A stretch of 64,000 nt of DNA from Candidatus Bathyarchaeota archaeon (GTDB taxonomy: Archaea > Thermoproteota > Bathyarchaeia > 40CM-2-53-6 > RBG-13-38-9), in NCBI GenBank assembly GCA_963807605.1, contig CAWECG010000003.1, positions 160,001 through 224,000 on the forward strand, written 5' to 3'. Positions 1-9,829 of this stretch are shown one piece after another (positions within the stretch are counted from its first letter, which is position 1; each line of letters begins with the position of its first letter). A program made the position numbers and the translations under genes. Below the pieces are notes generated by a model. The model did no database searches. It was not told the origin of the DNA and saw only the letters and a list, made by a program, of their open reading frames with translations.

Positions 1-119
1 TCGATAGTCTTTCCTGGGTTTCTCTGTCTCGTCTAGTTATTAAATACTTAGGGCAGCTATCTCATAGCATCGAATCGATATAGAGGTACATCGGAAAAAA
101 AGAGATAGGAGATTGAGTA

Positions 120-986
120 ATGGTCATTCAAGGGACGAAAACTCATGCTGTCCCATTGACCAGCGAGCCGATTTTTCCGGAGAGTAGCGATGCCCTAGAC
201 ATGGTGTCTGAGGCAATTGAGACTCATCGTCTAACGAAACGATTCAACAGCTTCACTGCGGTTGACCGCGTTGACCTCAGCGTGCACAAGGGAGAGATTT
301 ACGGATTTCTTGGCCCAAACGGAGCGGGCAAGACCACAACGATAAGAATGCTTTGTACCTTGTTGACCCCCTCATTCGGAAGCGCCAAGGTTGCCGGATA
401 CGATATTACTCGCCAAGCAAATGAGGTCAGGAAGAAAATCGGGCTGGTTTCCGAGAAGCTGATAATGTACCCTCGGCTAACGGCTTTTGAGAACTTGATG
501 TTCTTTGGCAGCCTATACGGAATAAATCAGGATGCACTGCGAAAAAGGACAGACGAACTCTTAGACATGGTTCAGCTTACTCCATTCAAGGATAACCCTG
601 TGGGCGGTTACTCAAGTGGAATGAGACAGAGGGTTAATGTTATTCGAGCGCTGCTGCACGATCCGGAAATAATCTTCTTAGACGAGCCCACGATGGCACT
701 TGATCCTCAAAGCACGCGCTTCGTTAGGGATCTCGTAAAAGAACTGAAGGAAATGGGGCACACTATCGTCCTGACCACACACATAATGGAAGAAGCTGAT
801 GAACTCTCAGACAGAATTAGCATAATTGACCATGGCAAGATGATAGCGACAGACACGCCTCAAGAACTCAAGAACAAATACAAAGCGGACAATCTACTCG
901 ATGTCTTCTTGACTCTCACAGGTCGCGAATTAAGAGACTCAGCCTCTGATCGCATTCCCATGCGCAGGGTGATGGGGAGGATATAG
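120..986 (+). CDS. ABC-2 type exporter ATP-binding subunit (DrrA-like); true start may be ATG at 201
   Basis: Walker A GPNGAGKT, signature YSSGM, Walker B IIFLDEPT, H-loop TTH. Confidence 0.93.
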   Translation: MVIQGTKTHAVPLTSEPIFPESSDALDMVSEAIETHRLTKRFNSFTAVDRVDLSVHKGEIYGFLGPNGAGKTTTIRMLCTLLTPSFGSAKVAGYDITRQANEVRKKIGLVSEKLIMYPRLTAFENLMFFGSLYGINQDALRKRTDELLDMVQLTPFKDNPVGGYSSGMRQRVNVIRALLHDPEIIFLDEPTMALDPQSTRFVRDLVKELKEMGHTIVLTTHIMEEADELSDRISIIDHGKMIATDTPQELKNKYKADNLLDVFLTLTGRELRDSASDRIPMRRVMGRI

Positions 987-990
987 CCAC

Positions 991-2202
991 ATGCTCAGCG
1001 AACTTCGAACTTTTTTGATAGCTCTCAAGATAGCACGGCGTGACCTCCTGGACCTGTGGAGGGCAAAGATGCTTCTGTTCAGTTTCCTTTTGATGCCCCT
1101 CTTGCTGATGGCGATGTTTGGATATATGTTCCCGACCACGCCGAAAGCAAACCTTGCAGTCGGTAACATGCCCACAGCTTACCCCAACCTACCGATAGCT
1201 TTGGTCCAGGTAGACCAAGGTTCCCTTGCAAACGCTGTTGCGAATCAATTCGTAAACATTGCCCAGGCACAACAGCTATTCCGAGTATCGGAAATGGTTA
1301 GCTATCAGACGGCAAGGGATGGCATCGTACGGGGTACAATTTCCGGAATTGTCGTCATACCTGAGGGGTTCACAGCCGCGATCAGGTCTGGGATGCAAGC
1401 AACTGTGCAAGTAACCGTCGATGAAACTAACCCGCAGATTGCGGTAGTCGTCCAAGCTGAAATAGCCACAGTCTTCGGCGTGATATCATCAAGTATTTCG
1501 ACAACGACTATGAGGAATACTATGGGCAACCACATCAACCCGATCTTTCTTCTTGAACCAATTTCCATTGCCCATGAACCGTTGATTTCTGGGTCTTCTA
1601 CGACATTCCAATTCCTGGCGCCGGGGTTTATGGCGCTTACTGTGGTCTTCGGGGCTTTGTCAGGAGTTGGTTTTGCGATATCACGAGAAAGAGAGCAAGG
1701 CACCATGGACGGTCTTTTGGTCTCCCCCATAACTAGGAGTGCGGTGATTTTCGGCAAAGTTCTTTCTCAGACTGTGAGAGGATTGATTCAAGCTTTTCTA
1801 ATCTTGGGGCTTTCGATGCTGCTCTTTGGAGTGAGGATCTACGGGAGCCCGTTACTGATGGTGCTCACAATGGTCCTGGGGGTGACGAGTTTTGTGGGGG
1901 TTGGGATAATTCTCACATCGTTTGCGCCAGAACAAGAGACTGCCCAAATGATGGTTATCCTGCTGCAATTTCCTATGATGTTTCTCAGTGGCATAATATT
2001 CCCGGTGAGCTCGCTTCCAGACTGGATGCAGTGGATAGGAAAATCTATGCCGCTGTATTATGCTGCTGACGCACTCAGAAAAGTAGTCATATTAAACGCT
2101 GGCCTCAACGTGATAGGAATGGATCTAATGATCCTTGTTGCCTATGCGCTCGTAACATTGACAGTAGCGGTACCCCTCTTCGAGAAAGCAATGACTCGCT
2201 AA
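991..2202 (+). CDS. ABC-2 type exporter permease
   Basis: One N-terminal TM helix, extracellular domain, EREQGT motif, five C-terminal TM helices, PLYYAADALR; directly follows the ATPase. Confidence 0.92.
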   Translation: MLSELRTFLIALKIARRDLLDLWRAKMLLFSFLLMPLLLMAMFGYMFPTTPKANLAVGNMPTAYPNLPIALVQVDQGSLANAVANQFVNIAQAQQLFRVSEMVSYQTARDGIVRGTISGIVVIPEGFTAAIRSGMQATVQVTVDETNPQIAVVVQAEIATVFGVISSSISTTTMRNTMGNHINPIFLLEPISIAHEPLISGSSTTFQFLAPGFMALTVVFGALSGVGFAISREREQGTMDGLLVSPITRSAVIFGKVLSQTVRGLIQAFLILGLSMLLFGVRIYGSPLLMVLTMVLGVTSFVGVGIILTSFAPEQETAQMMVILLQFPMMFLSGIIFPVSSLPDWMQWIGKSMPLYYAADALRKVVILNAGLNVIGMDLMILVAYALVTLTVAVPLFEKAMTR

Positions 2203-2249
2203 ACCGGAAATTTACGGTGATGAACATCGGGGGTCCGCCTGTGTGAGTG

Positions 2250-2309
2250 CGCCCGTATGCACCTAGAAAATTAAGTGAATCCAACAAGAAAATGCAATCC
2301 TAATTGCAC
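2250..2309 (-). repeat. Dispersed repeat A, partial copy 1
   Basis: Reverse complement matches 7265-7325 and 30376-30435, core TTGGATTCACTTAAYTTTCTA. Confidence 0.85.
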
Positions 2310-2426
2310 TGCTTGGAAGAGTATTTGAGTTTTAGGAAGGAAGAGTCCGACGGGATTCGATGCGTTATTGTTACCGGATTTAGACTCAATTCAATTAAGT
2401 TTTGTACCTGTTTTCAGGAACGTTAA

Positions 2427-2514
2427 TGTGGTGGACCGGGCGGGATTCACACCGTTTTCGGTGCTAGAATCGGGTACAAAAATCACGCAGGTTCAAATCC
2501 CAACGGATTCAAAC
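2427..2514 (+). repeat. Dispersed repeat B (tRNA 3'-end-derived), copy 1; degenerate pieces also at about 2344-2395 and 2541-2562
   Basis: TGGTGGACCGGGCGGGATT is the reverse complement of a tRNA 3' end with CCA; shares CACCGTTTTCGGTGCTAGAAT with the copy at 7355-7440. Confidence 0.8.
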
Positions 2515-2632
2515 TTGTTATAAGACCTGAACCTTATTGATGGCGGGCCCGCAGGTATTTCACCATATAAATGGTCAGATACGTGCTGAATTTGCATCCA
2601 GACGTGTACAAATCAGTACAATACTAGCGCGC

Positions 2633-3737
2633 GGGGTTGTCCCGTTATTAGCGTTTTCATGTTAGGTTTGTCCAGTAGGTTATGCTTCTGGTTTTGGTGG
2701 GTTGTTTGGTGTTGTGTGAGGCTTCTATGGTGTAGAGGAGGCATAGTATGCAGTAGCTGATGTGGATGGTGATGTTTTCTAGTCCTCGTGTCTTGTGGTT
2801 GTTGAGGTTGAGGTGTTCTTTGAGTGATGCGAAGACCAACTCGATGATGGAGCGTTTATTGTAGATGTGTTTGAGGTTTTCTGGGCCGTGTGTTTTGAAG
2901 TCGCTGGTTACTCTGAGGATGTTTTGTCTTTCAGGTTTCTGGTTGGCTGGGTAGGGTATCGCGGTCTTGATTCTGTGTTTTTTAGCGGTCTCTCTGAGTC
3001 TGTTGCTGGAGTATTGACTGTCAGCGGTTAGCTGTCGGATTCTGGTTGCTGTGGTTTTAACTGTCATTTTGAGGAGTGGTATGCTCGGTTTCTTCTCGTT
3101 AGTGTTTGCTGGTGTCACTAGGAATGTTAGGGGTGTGGCTGTGTCTGTATCGACTGTTAGGTGTAGTTTGTAGCCTAACCCGTATGTGCGGTAGGCTCTT
3201 CCTACACGTGCTTGAGGGTCACTGAAGCCTGTTCTATTGTTTATGTTTCGTCTGCTGTAGGCTTTGATGAAGGTGGCGTCCATAGCAACTATTCTTGGTG
3301 TTACATAGCGCTTCTTCAGCAATTTCTTGACCTGTTTGTTTACTATGCGTCTTAGTCTTCTTGTTCCTAGTCGCTGGTTGAATCTTGAGAGTACCGTCCT
3401 ACCGTAGGCTGGCTCCTCATATCTTATGTCGCATATGTCACGTAGCCGCTCATCGATCCATAAGCGATGTTCAAGCTCACGCAGACTGTTTATTCTGAGG
3501 TAGCGTCTGGCAAGGTGTGCCTTGAAGAGTCCTAGAGGGTTACGTGGAGGTTTACCTGGACCTTCTTGATGATAGCAACTAACAACTAGACGTTCAACAA
3601 ATGATAAATCCAGATTACTCAGCAGTGACTCCAGAGTCTCGTACCCTTCTATCTGGAATCTCCTCCAAGTAGAAGGGTGCGGGGCTCAACCCTTATGGAT
3701 CTTTCCGTGTCAACTCAAAGAATATCGGGACAACCCT
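2633..3737 (-). mobile_element. Insertion sequence (DDE, IS5/IS1182-like) with 16-bp terminal inverted repeats and GCGCGC flanking direct repeats
   Basis: GGGTTGTCCCGTTATT at 2634-2649 versus AATATCGGGACAACCC at 3721-3736 (1 mismatch); GCGCGC at 2627-2632 and 3738-3743. Confidence 0.92.
2657..3690 (-). CDS. DDE transposase; the frame is open well upstream of the track start (3322) to about 3686, with an apparent 1-bp shift just after a TTG at about 3690
   Basis: DATFIKA, GYKLH, ADSQY and R-xx-IE-xx-F-xx-LK motifs; the upstream in-frame part reads GPGKPPRNPLGLFKA...SLRELEHRL, a typical IS5/IS1182 N-terminal domain. Confidence 0.88.
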
Positions 3738-3983
3738 GCGCGCTACATTATTGAAAAAAATATCGTGTATAGAAGCATGCAGATGCACCCGCAGTGGGAT
3801 ACCTTTTAGTGTTTTTACCAAAACAGTGGCTGAAATAAAAACTGGTACATGTAAATAAGCAGTTGACACAGACAACCAGTACAGGAAATAAGTATTGCAT
3901 AAACGTAAGATAAGTATGTAGCGCGCGAGAGTCAGAGGTACTTCCTCACAAGTATCTTGCTGTTTACTGTCAGTCGGCAGGTA

Positions 3984-4118
3984 TAGTCTACAAACTTCTA
4001 TTAGGTTTACTTCTTTTACGGGCGGTGTTGTTTCTTTTTTCTTCTGTTATATGGGAAACTGCTAATTTTTCTATTGGAAATTTGCACTTATACTTCTTTT
4101 ATGGTGTCTGCAGCCTAT
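3984..4118 (-). repeat. Dispersed AT-rich repeat C, copy 1
   Basis: Reverse complement aligns with 30137-30276 (for example AAGAAGTAAACCTAATAGAAGTTTGTA), roughly 80% identical by eye. Confidence 0.85.
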
Positions 4119-4163
4119 ACTCGTTTACTTGTTTGCTTCTTCACTTCTTTTTTAGCGCGCGCG

Positions 4164-4562
4164 CAACTAGCTTGATTGTAGGAAAACACGGAATGAAACT
4201 AGAAAGAACTGCCATCTTAGATGGTTTATCGCATTTAGGGAGTTTATCCAAAGAAAATCTTTGATATTTCATATATCTCGCGGTCAACTGTCTTAAGTCT
4301 TGAAACAGCTTTTTTCAGAGGCACGGGCACAATCCTATTACCCTTTAAGCTTACCATGTAGCCGAACTTCTTCTTAGCCACAAGGTCTATCGTCGCCACC
4401 CCAAATCTTGTCCCTAGAACCCTGTCAAAGGCCGTCGGTTCACCACCCCGTTGTATGTGACCTAGAATTGTGGCTCTGGTTTCAAGCCCTGTTTTTTTCT
4501 CTATCTCTCTCGCCAAATAGCCTCCTACCCCCCCAAACCTGGCGTGGTCGAATTCGTCCATC
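4164..4562 (-). pseudogene. Duplicated 3' third of the phosphofructokinase gene plus its downstream 80 bp
   Basis: 399 bp, near-identical inverted copy of 29532-29930 (about 4 substitutions seen); the 5' two-thirds are missing. Confidence 0.95.
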
Positions 4563-4609
4563 GTACACTGCTGGTTTCCATTTCATGTAGCTCAAACGCA
4601 TAGCGCGCG

Positions 4610-5635
4610 CTAGAGTTTCTGGAATAATTCGATGTATCTCTCAGCTATCTTCTCGGCCGTACTCTTCCTGACATACTTTTCCGCTGCTTGGATAGTTTCC
4701 GCCAACATGTCACCGCTTTCCATCACCTCAATGACGCATGCCTCGAATTCATCCGCTGTTCTGTACTTTAGGATCTCCTTATGGAAGTTCTCAAAGAATG
4801 GTGAGTCCAACGCTATGATTGGGCAGCCTGAACCAAGGCATTGATGGGCTGTGCTCGAAACGACTGCTTTCGTCTCAACCTGTCTATTGAGAATAAGAGC
4901 GTCGGAGGCGTGCAAGTAGTCGTAGAGCCTCCCTATATTCGGAGCTTCGTTCCTGATATCCACCTGAATGTTGCTGGCCACTATCCGATTTGGTGCATGG
5001 ATGCTGACTACTAGGAGTAGAATGGGGTAGCGTCTTCCCAGCGTTGAGATGCTCTGCAGCAACTCAAGGTCTTCCTTGACGTGTTGACCGAATACCAGCA
5101 GGATTTCCCTATTCAGCGGCAGACCCAGTTTCTGTCTGACCTCCATTTTATTCCCTTTTACAACAGGGTGACATGGGAAGGGTATGACATCGATTATCTC
5201 TTCCGGGAAGGCCTCCCGAAGAAACTTCCTGTATCTCTGGTCGAAGCAGACTATCGATTCCCATTGAAACTGGTAGAATGAAGGGTCGGAGGGAAGTTTA
5301 GCCTCATGTATTATGTTCACGGTTCTAGCTTTTTTTCTAATGTGGTGAAAGATCTTCTTCAACTCGTCTCTTGGAAGCATACCGAGGTTCTGAACCACGA
5401 AAATATCGTGATCAGAACTCAATATTGGTCGAGGATCAAGGTATCTACTGACTCGGAAACACCTGGTGACGTAGGTCTCATCCTCTCCCACGAATGTGGT
5501 TCCATGGAAACCTGATTGAAGATAGGAATAGAGCCGGAGATCATGCCCTTCTCTAACCCATTCTCTTCCTATCAGCTCGGCGTGAACGGAGGAACCTGCA
5601 TCAAGGTTCCAAGCGCCCATCATACCAATCTTCAA
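4610..5635 (-). CDS. GT-B fold (GT4-like) glycosyltransferase
   Basis: N-terminal MKIGMMGAWN...GHDLRLY, ILLVFGQ, YLHASDALI, LGSGCPII; paralog of the next ORF. Confidence 0.75.
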   Translation of the reverse strand: MKIGMMGAWNLDAGSSVHAELIGREWVREGHDLRLYSYLQSGFHGTTFVGEDETYVTRCFRVSRYLDPRPILSSDHDIFVVQNLGMLPRDELKKIFHHIRKKARTVNIIHEAKLPSDPSFYQFQWESIVCFDQRYRKFLREAFPEEIIDVIPFPCHPVVKGNKMEVRQKLGLPLNREILLVFGQHVKEDLELLQSISTLGRRYPILLLVVSIHAPNRIVASNIQVDIRNEAPNIGRLYDYLHASDALILNRQVETKAVVSSTAHQCLGSGCPIIALDSPFFENFHKEILKYRTADEFEACVIEVMESGDMLAETIQAAEKYVRKSTAEKIAERYIELFQKL

Positions 5636-5826
5636 ACGTTACATCTTCTAGGCATAAGCGTTCAATTCAGGAACTCCGGCACTACAATGTCTGCACGTTG
5701 ATGGAGTTTCCAAAAGGTTTCTTAGTTCCTGCGTTATGAAATAGTGTGAACGAGAAAGATAAAGATGTGAAAACAGAAGATTTGGAATGCAGTAACCTTC
5801 CTTGGTAGGGCTCTAATCGACGAAGA

Positions 5827-6936
5827 CTAGATGGTCTGGAAAAGTTCAATAAACATTTTTGCGATTCTCCCGCTTTCACACTCTTCGCTGCATCTCTTCG
5901 CCGCTTCTCTAGCTTTCCTCCATTCATCTCCCTGTTCGAAAGCCTCTACCAGGCACCTCCTGAACTCTTCTTGATTGGCGTAATGGAGAACCGCGTCCTG
6001 CATCCCATACAGGAAATTTGATTCTCTAGCCGTCGCTATGCATCCTGACCCCAAAGCGAAGTGGAGCGTGCTGGAGAGAACTGCGTGGGCATTCGTAGGT
6101 CTCTTCGGATAGAGCCACGTATCGCTTGCATGTAGATATTTGTATAGTTCGTCTCTTTCCAGAACCTCCTTCTTGAAGTTGTAGTTACAGGTCGACGGAT
6201 CGAGTCCCGTTATCCTCTGGCTCTCACTTATGATGATTACCCGAAGGTTGTACTCGTCGTTTAGTTCGGACAGGACTTGGATCTCCTCTTTTTGCAGGTG
6301 CCTCCACTTCTGACCGAAGATGAGGATGATCTTGGCGTCCAGGGGAAGACTCAGCTGCTTTCTAGCCTCTTCCTTGTCCCCAGAATTCCATCCGGTGCAG
6401 GGAAAGGGTATGATATGTATCATCTCCTCAGGGTAGACCCGCGTAAGCATGTTCTTGAATCGCATGTCGAAGCAGACCAAGGCGTCCCAGTCATGCTGGT
6501 AGAATGAGGTATCCTTCGATAGCTCACTGTCATGGACCACGTGGATGGTCTTGCCTTTACGCTTGATGATATGAAATATTTTCTGCAGTTTATCCATTGG
6601 AACCATGCCTATGTCTTGAGCAACAAATATTTCATACTCATTTTCTAGGAATGGTGTTGGATCGAGAAAATTGGTTAGCTTACCGGTTCCGAAACAACGA
6701 GTCACATAGTCTTCATCCTGTCCTACGAGCGAGCGACCATGATAATCCTTCTCTATGAAAGAGAACACTCTGAGAGGATGACCTTGCTCCACCCACCCTC
6801 TACCAACAAGTTCAGCATGAATAGAAACTCCGGAGGTCTGATTCCACGCAGCCATCATACCTATCTTCATGGTTGGGATCACTGCCAGCATATCCAAGAT
6901 GATCCTCAACCCGTTCTTCAAGTATTCGCTGTTCAA
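5827..6936 (-). CDS. GT-B fold (GT4-like) glycosyltransferase paralog; start probably at MKIGMM (about 6870)
   Basis: Colinear with 4610-5635: SIHAELVGRGW, ILIFGQ, YLHASD, LGSGC. Confidence 0.75.
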   Translation of the reverse strand: MNSEYLKNGLRIILDMLAVIPTMKIGMMAAWNQTSGVSIHAELVGRGWVEQGHPLRVFSFIEKDYHGRSLVGQDEDYVTRCFGTGKLTNFLDPTPFLENEYEIFVAQDIGMVPMDKLQKIFHIIKRKGKTIHVVHDSELSKDTSFYQHDWDALVCFDMRFKNMLTRVYPEEMIHIIPFPCTGWNSGDKEEARKQLSLPLDAKIILIFGQKWRHLQKEEIQVLSELNDEYNLRVIIISESQRITGLDPSTCNYNFKKEVLERDELYKYLHASDTWLYPKRPTNAHAVLSSTLHFALGSGCIATARESNFLYGMQDAVLHYANQEEFRRCLVEAFEQGDEWRKAREAAKRCSEECESGRIAKMFIELFQTI

Positions 6937-7241
6937 ATGGTGGTCTGAGGGTAAGGGACATGGCTTGAGGACGATACAAAACCAATCCTGAAGCCATCTA
7001 ATGCTATTCCGAAGTATTGGTCATAATGCTCTGGATTCAAAACTTTCGCTCATTAGCAGACATGAGTTTGGTCCACATCACACCAATCTTCTTTTTCAGA
7101 GATAATTGACTGGAGAAGTCGGCTGCCAATACTCTACCTCCGAGGTTCAGCTGCTTATTTTGGGATCAAGGAACATGATTTCAAAGCGCGCGCTACCCGT
7201 GCTTTATCGAGCGACCGTATCCCGTCAAACTCTTGCTCACT

Positions 7242-7327
7242 AAGCCTCAATATCGCACAAAGATGTGCAATCAGGTTTGCATTTCATATTGGATTCACTT
7301 AATTTTCTAATCGAATACGGGCGGGCC
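7242..7327 (+). repeat. Dispersed repeat A, copy 2 (weaker similarity extends left to about 7200)
   Basis: About 85-90% identical by eye to 30353-30438. Confidence 0.88.
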
Positions 7328-7354
7328 TTCAACAGAGAGGGTTCGGATAATTTT

Positions 7355-7440
7355 TGTGGTGGACCGGTCGGGGTCCGCACCGTTTTCGGTGCTAGAATTG
7401 GTTTCAAAATTCGCGCGGGTTCAGGCCCCGCAGGGTTTGA
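7355..7440 (+). repeat. Dispersed repeat B, copy 2
   Basis: TGTGGTGGACCGG...CACCGTTTTCGGTGCTAGAAT...GGTTCA aligns with 2427-2514; ends at a GCGCGCG run. Confidence 0.82.
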
Positions 7441-7516
7441 AGCGCGCGTGAGTGCCAGAGATCGGGTGGAACACACACGGCAAAAATCAAATAGGGCTAC
7501 TAGCTAACACTACCTT

Positions 7517-8074
7517 ATGGTGGCTTCTGCAGTCCTTATTCCCGGACTGGCTGGCCTATTTAGCGGATCAATCTTTCTGGTGGTAGCGTACTGCAGGTTT
7601 GCGAAGGCCCCTGACGGTACCCTCAGCTGGGCAAATGTCCAACTCATAACCTGGACGGGGGTGATTCTTGGTGGCTATGTGGCCATCGCAGTGCATAAGG
7701 GAGGGTTTCCAGATTCGGTTCCAGACAACTTGCTGCTGTTGATGGGAGTGAGCGTCGGCACACAGGCTGGTTCAAGGCTCGTTAGGGCAGGACAGAACCA
7801 GGACGCAGCCGAGAAGAAGCCCGAACCCGTCCGTGCGGCAGGCTTCAGAGGGCTTGTCGCTTCCGAGAAAATCCCAACCGAAGTTAGCGTGGCGAAGCTT
7901 CAACATCTCGCATGGACTGTAGTCGGAGTATTGGTATACATTGTGGCTATCATTTCAGCTTTGGGCTCAGGAGCGAGTTCGCTTCCTGATGTTGGCAACG
8001 GCCTTCCAGCCCTCATGCTGATCAGCGCAAGCGGTTACATAGCCAATAAGATCGGAGACAAGCCAGCCCAATAA
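7517..8074 (+). CDS. Hypothetical multi-pass membrane protein with an internal duplication
   Basis: Several hydrophobic segments; repeated pattern SxAxxQxxxWT...PD..L..LM..S. Confidence 0.7.
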   Translation: MVASAVLIPGLAGLFSGSIFLVVAYCRFAKAPDGTLSWANVQLITWTGVILGGYVAIAVHKGGFPDSVPDNLLLLMGVSVGTQAGSRLVRAGQNQDAAEKKPEPVRAAGFRGLVASEKIPTEVSVAKLQHLAWTVVGVLVYIVAIISALGSGASSLPDVGNGLPALMLISASGYIANKIGDKPAQ

Positions 8075-8158
8075 TGACGTACTTATTCACTATGAACAAA
8101 ATGTCCGCTAAGTCAAATCGCTGATGTCTGCTCAAGTAGATGGCTGTGTTTCAACTTG

Positions 8159-8794
8159 ATGGTATCCACTCATATGGGCTACGGTTTCGCGCTCGCATTC
8201 TTGTTGTTCTTGCTTGGAACAACCCTCTTTCCATGGAACTCATCTGAGATAGCGTCTTTCAGTGCTTGTTTTGTGTTACTGGGTTTGGTAGGGGGTGTTC
8301 TACCCGACATAGATTGATTGGAGCAGTTTGGTTTTAGTCACAGAAAGACGCTCCATTTTGTTTCGGGATATGGCATGTTAGCTATCTTTCTGATTATTCT
8401 AGGTTATGTTGTCCCACATGGTCTTGTGGTTTGGATTATTGGGTCTTCCTGTTTCTTCGCCGGAGCTTGGTTGCACTCTTTCATGGACATTTTTGATGGT
8501 TTTTGGGCCGACGATGTGAACAAAGGTGTTTACGAACATCTCACGAAAAGATGGATAAGGGCATTAAACTGGATTCCTTTCGCGAGTCTGCAAGAATGGA
8601 GCATGCAGGCTTTTTCTACAGTGCTTGTCATAGGCATTTCACCGCAGCTTACTGCCTTAACGGTGATTCCGGGCTGGGGTGTAGCTATGTTGAGTTTCTT
8701 TGCTGCCTGGCTGTTTTCTACGGTCTATGAGTTCCGCAAGTCAGTACCAAAGAGATGGGAAATGGAGAAAAGAGCACGCAAAACTCAGGCCTAG
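8159..8794 (+). pseudogene. Membrane-bound metal-dependent hydrolase (YdjM-like) interrupted by an in-frame TGA at 8315-8317
   Basis: The upstream in-frame segment MVSTHMG...LPDID joins HRKTLH and HSFMD motifs across the stop. Confidence 0.75.
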
Positions 8795-9158
8795 AATCCA
8801 GAAGCGCAACTCACCCGCGAACCAAGTAACTAGACCTGCAAAAGAATCGATTGAAGAATTATACTGACTTCGTCTGACGCGCGCTAATTCATGCTACGGG
8901 TAAGAGGGGAAACAAGATCCTGCATCTGCCTAAAGACCTCGTTCTTCCAAACGGATCTGTGCGTCCAGAGGATTTCGTTCCACCAGGGACTGCGGCGTTG
9001 TACCTTGGTCTTGAAGTTGCCAAGCAGGTGTTAGGTGTCTAGGCTGCCACTGCCTGCGCGCGCGGGCTTATCGTTTGCTCCTAAACAGAGAGGCTGGGAG
9101 CTTGATGCCTTGAAGGCCTTCGCTCGAGGCTTGGGCTTCCTGAGATAACTTGTGGTCG

Positions 9159-9315
9159 TTTTCGCCATTTTAGTCGTCAAGAAAGTCGTCACTGTCGTCG
9201 TCAAATAATAATTAGCAAAGATTTTTTTGTATTGTGCGCTGCATGATTTCTTGCGAGTAGATGGTGACGACCATGACGACGTTGACGGATTAGTTGACGG
9301 TGAAAGTGACGAAAA
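9159..9315. repeat. Mirror-image arrays of GTCGTCA / TGACGAC heptamers around an AT-rich core
   Basis: GTCGTCA at 9173, 9185 and 9197; TGACG(A/G) at 9265, 9274, 9283, 9295 and 9307; AT-rich 9204-9233. Confidence 0.7.
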
Positions 9316-9829
9316 CAACTACACTACCGAGTAGCACGCGCTGATAATGGTGAGTGGAAGTTAGATATCGTCAGAAACCAAAACAGTTATTCATCAAACA
9401 ATTGGATGGCGGGTTAATAGTCACCGAAGAATGCTACTGCCATGTTAGTGTGCGTGAGGTACAGTGCAGAGCCTTATCATGGGGGGTATAGTGCATATCG
9501 CTACCGCATTTGAGGCACGTAAGCGCGCGCGTATTGCTCTGGTCCGATTCAAGGTGGATTACTCTTTCGACATGGAATTGGGCCTGACTCGCGCATCAGG
9601 GATCAAGAAAAGCCAGGTTCGGAGATCTGGTCTTTTACTATAGGACGAGTGACTTTTCAAGAAACCATGTTGCACAAAGCAAGAAAAAGTCATTCTCGTT
9701 GTCGAATTGTCCTGGTAGCGCTCGCAATACCATTCTGCATATCCAATACTATCAGAGCGGATCTGCCGTAATCAACATCTTCCCTGCCCATTAGGCTCAC
9801 ATCATACGTTTCTGGAGCACCCACAATTA

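Noticed and set aside
8315-8317. Selenocysteine read-through of the in-frame TGA
   Set aside because: Not a Cys-type position, and no SECIS was seen. A CGA-to-TGA nonsense change is simpler.
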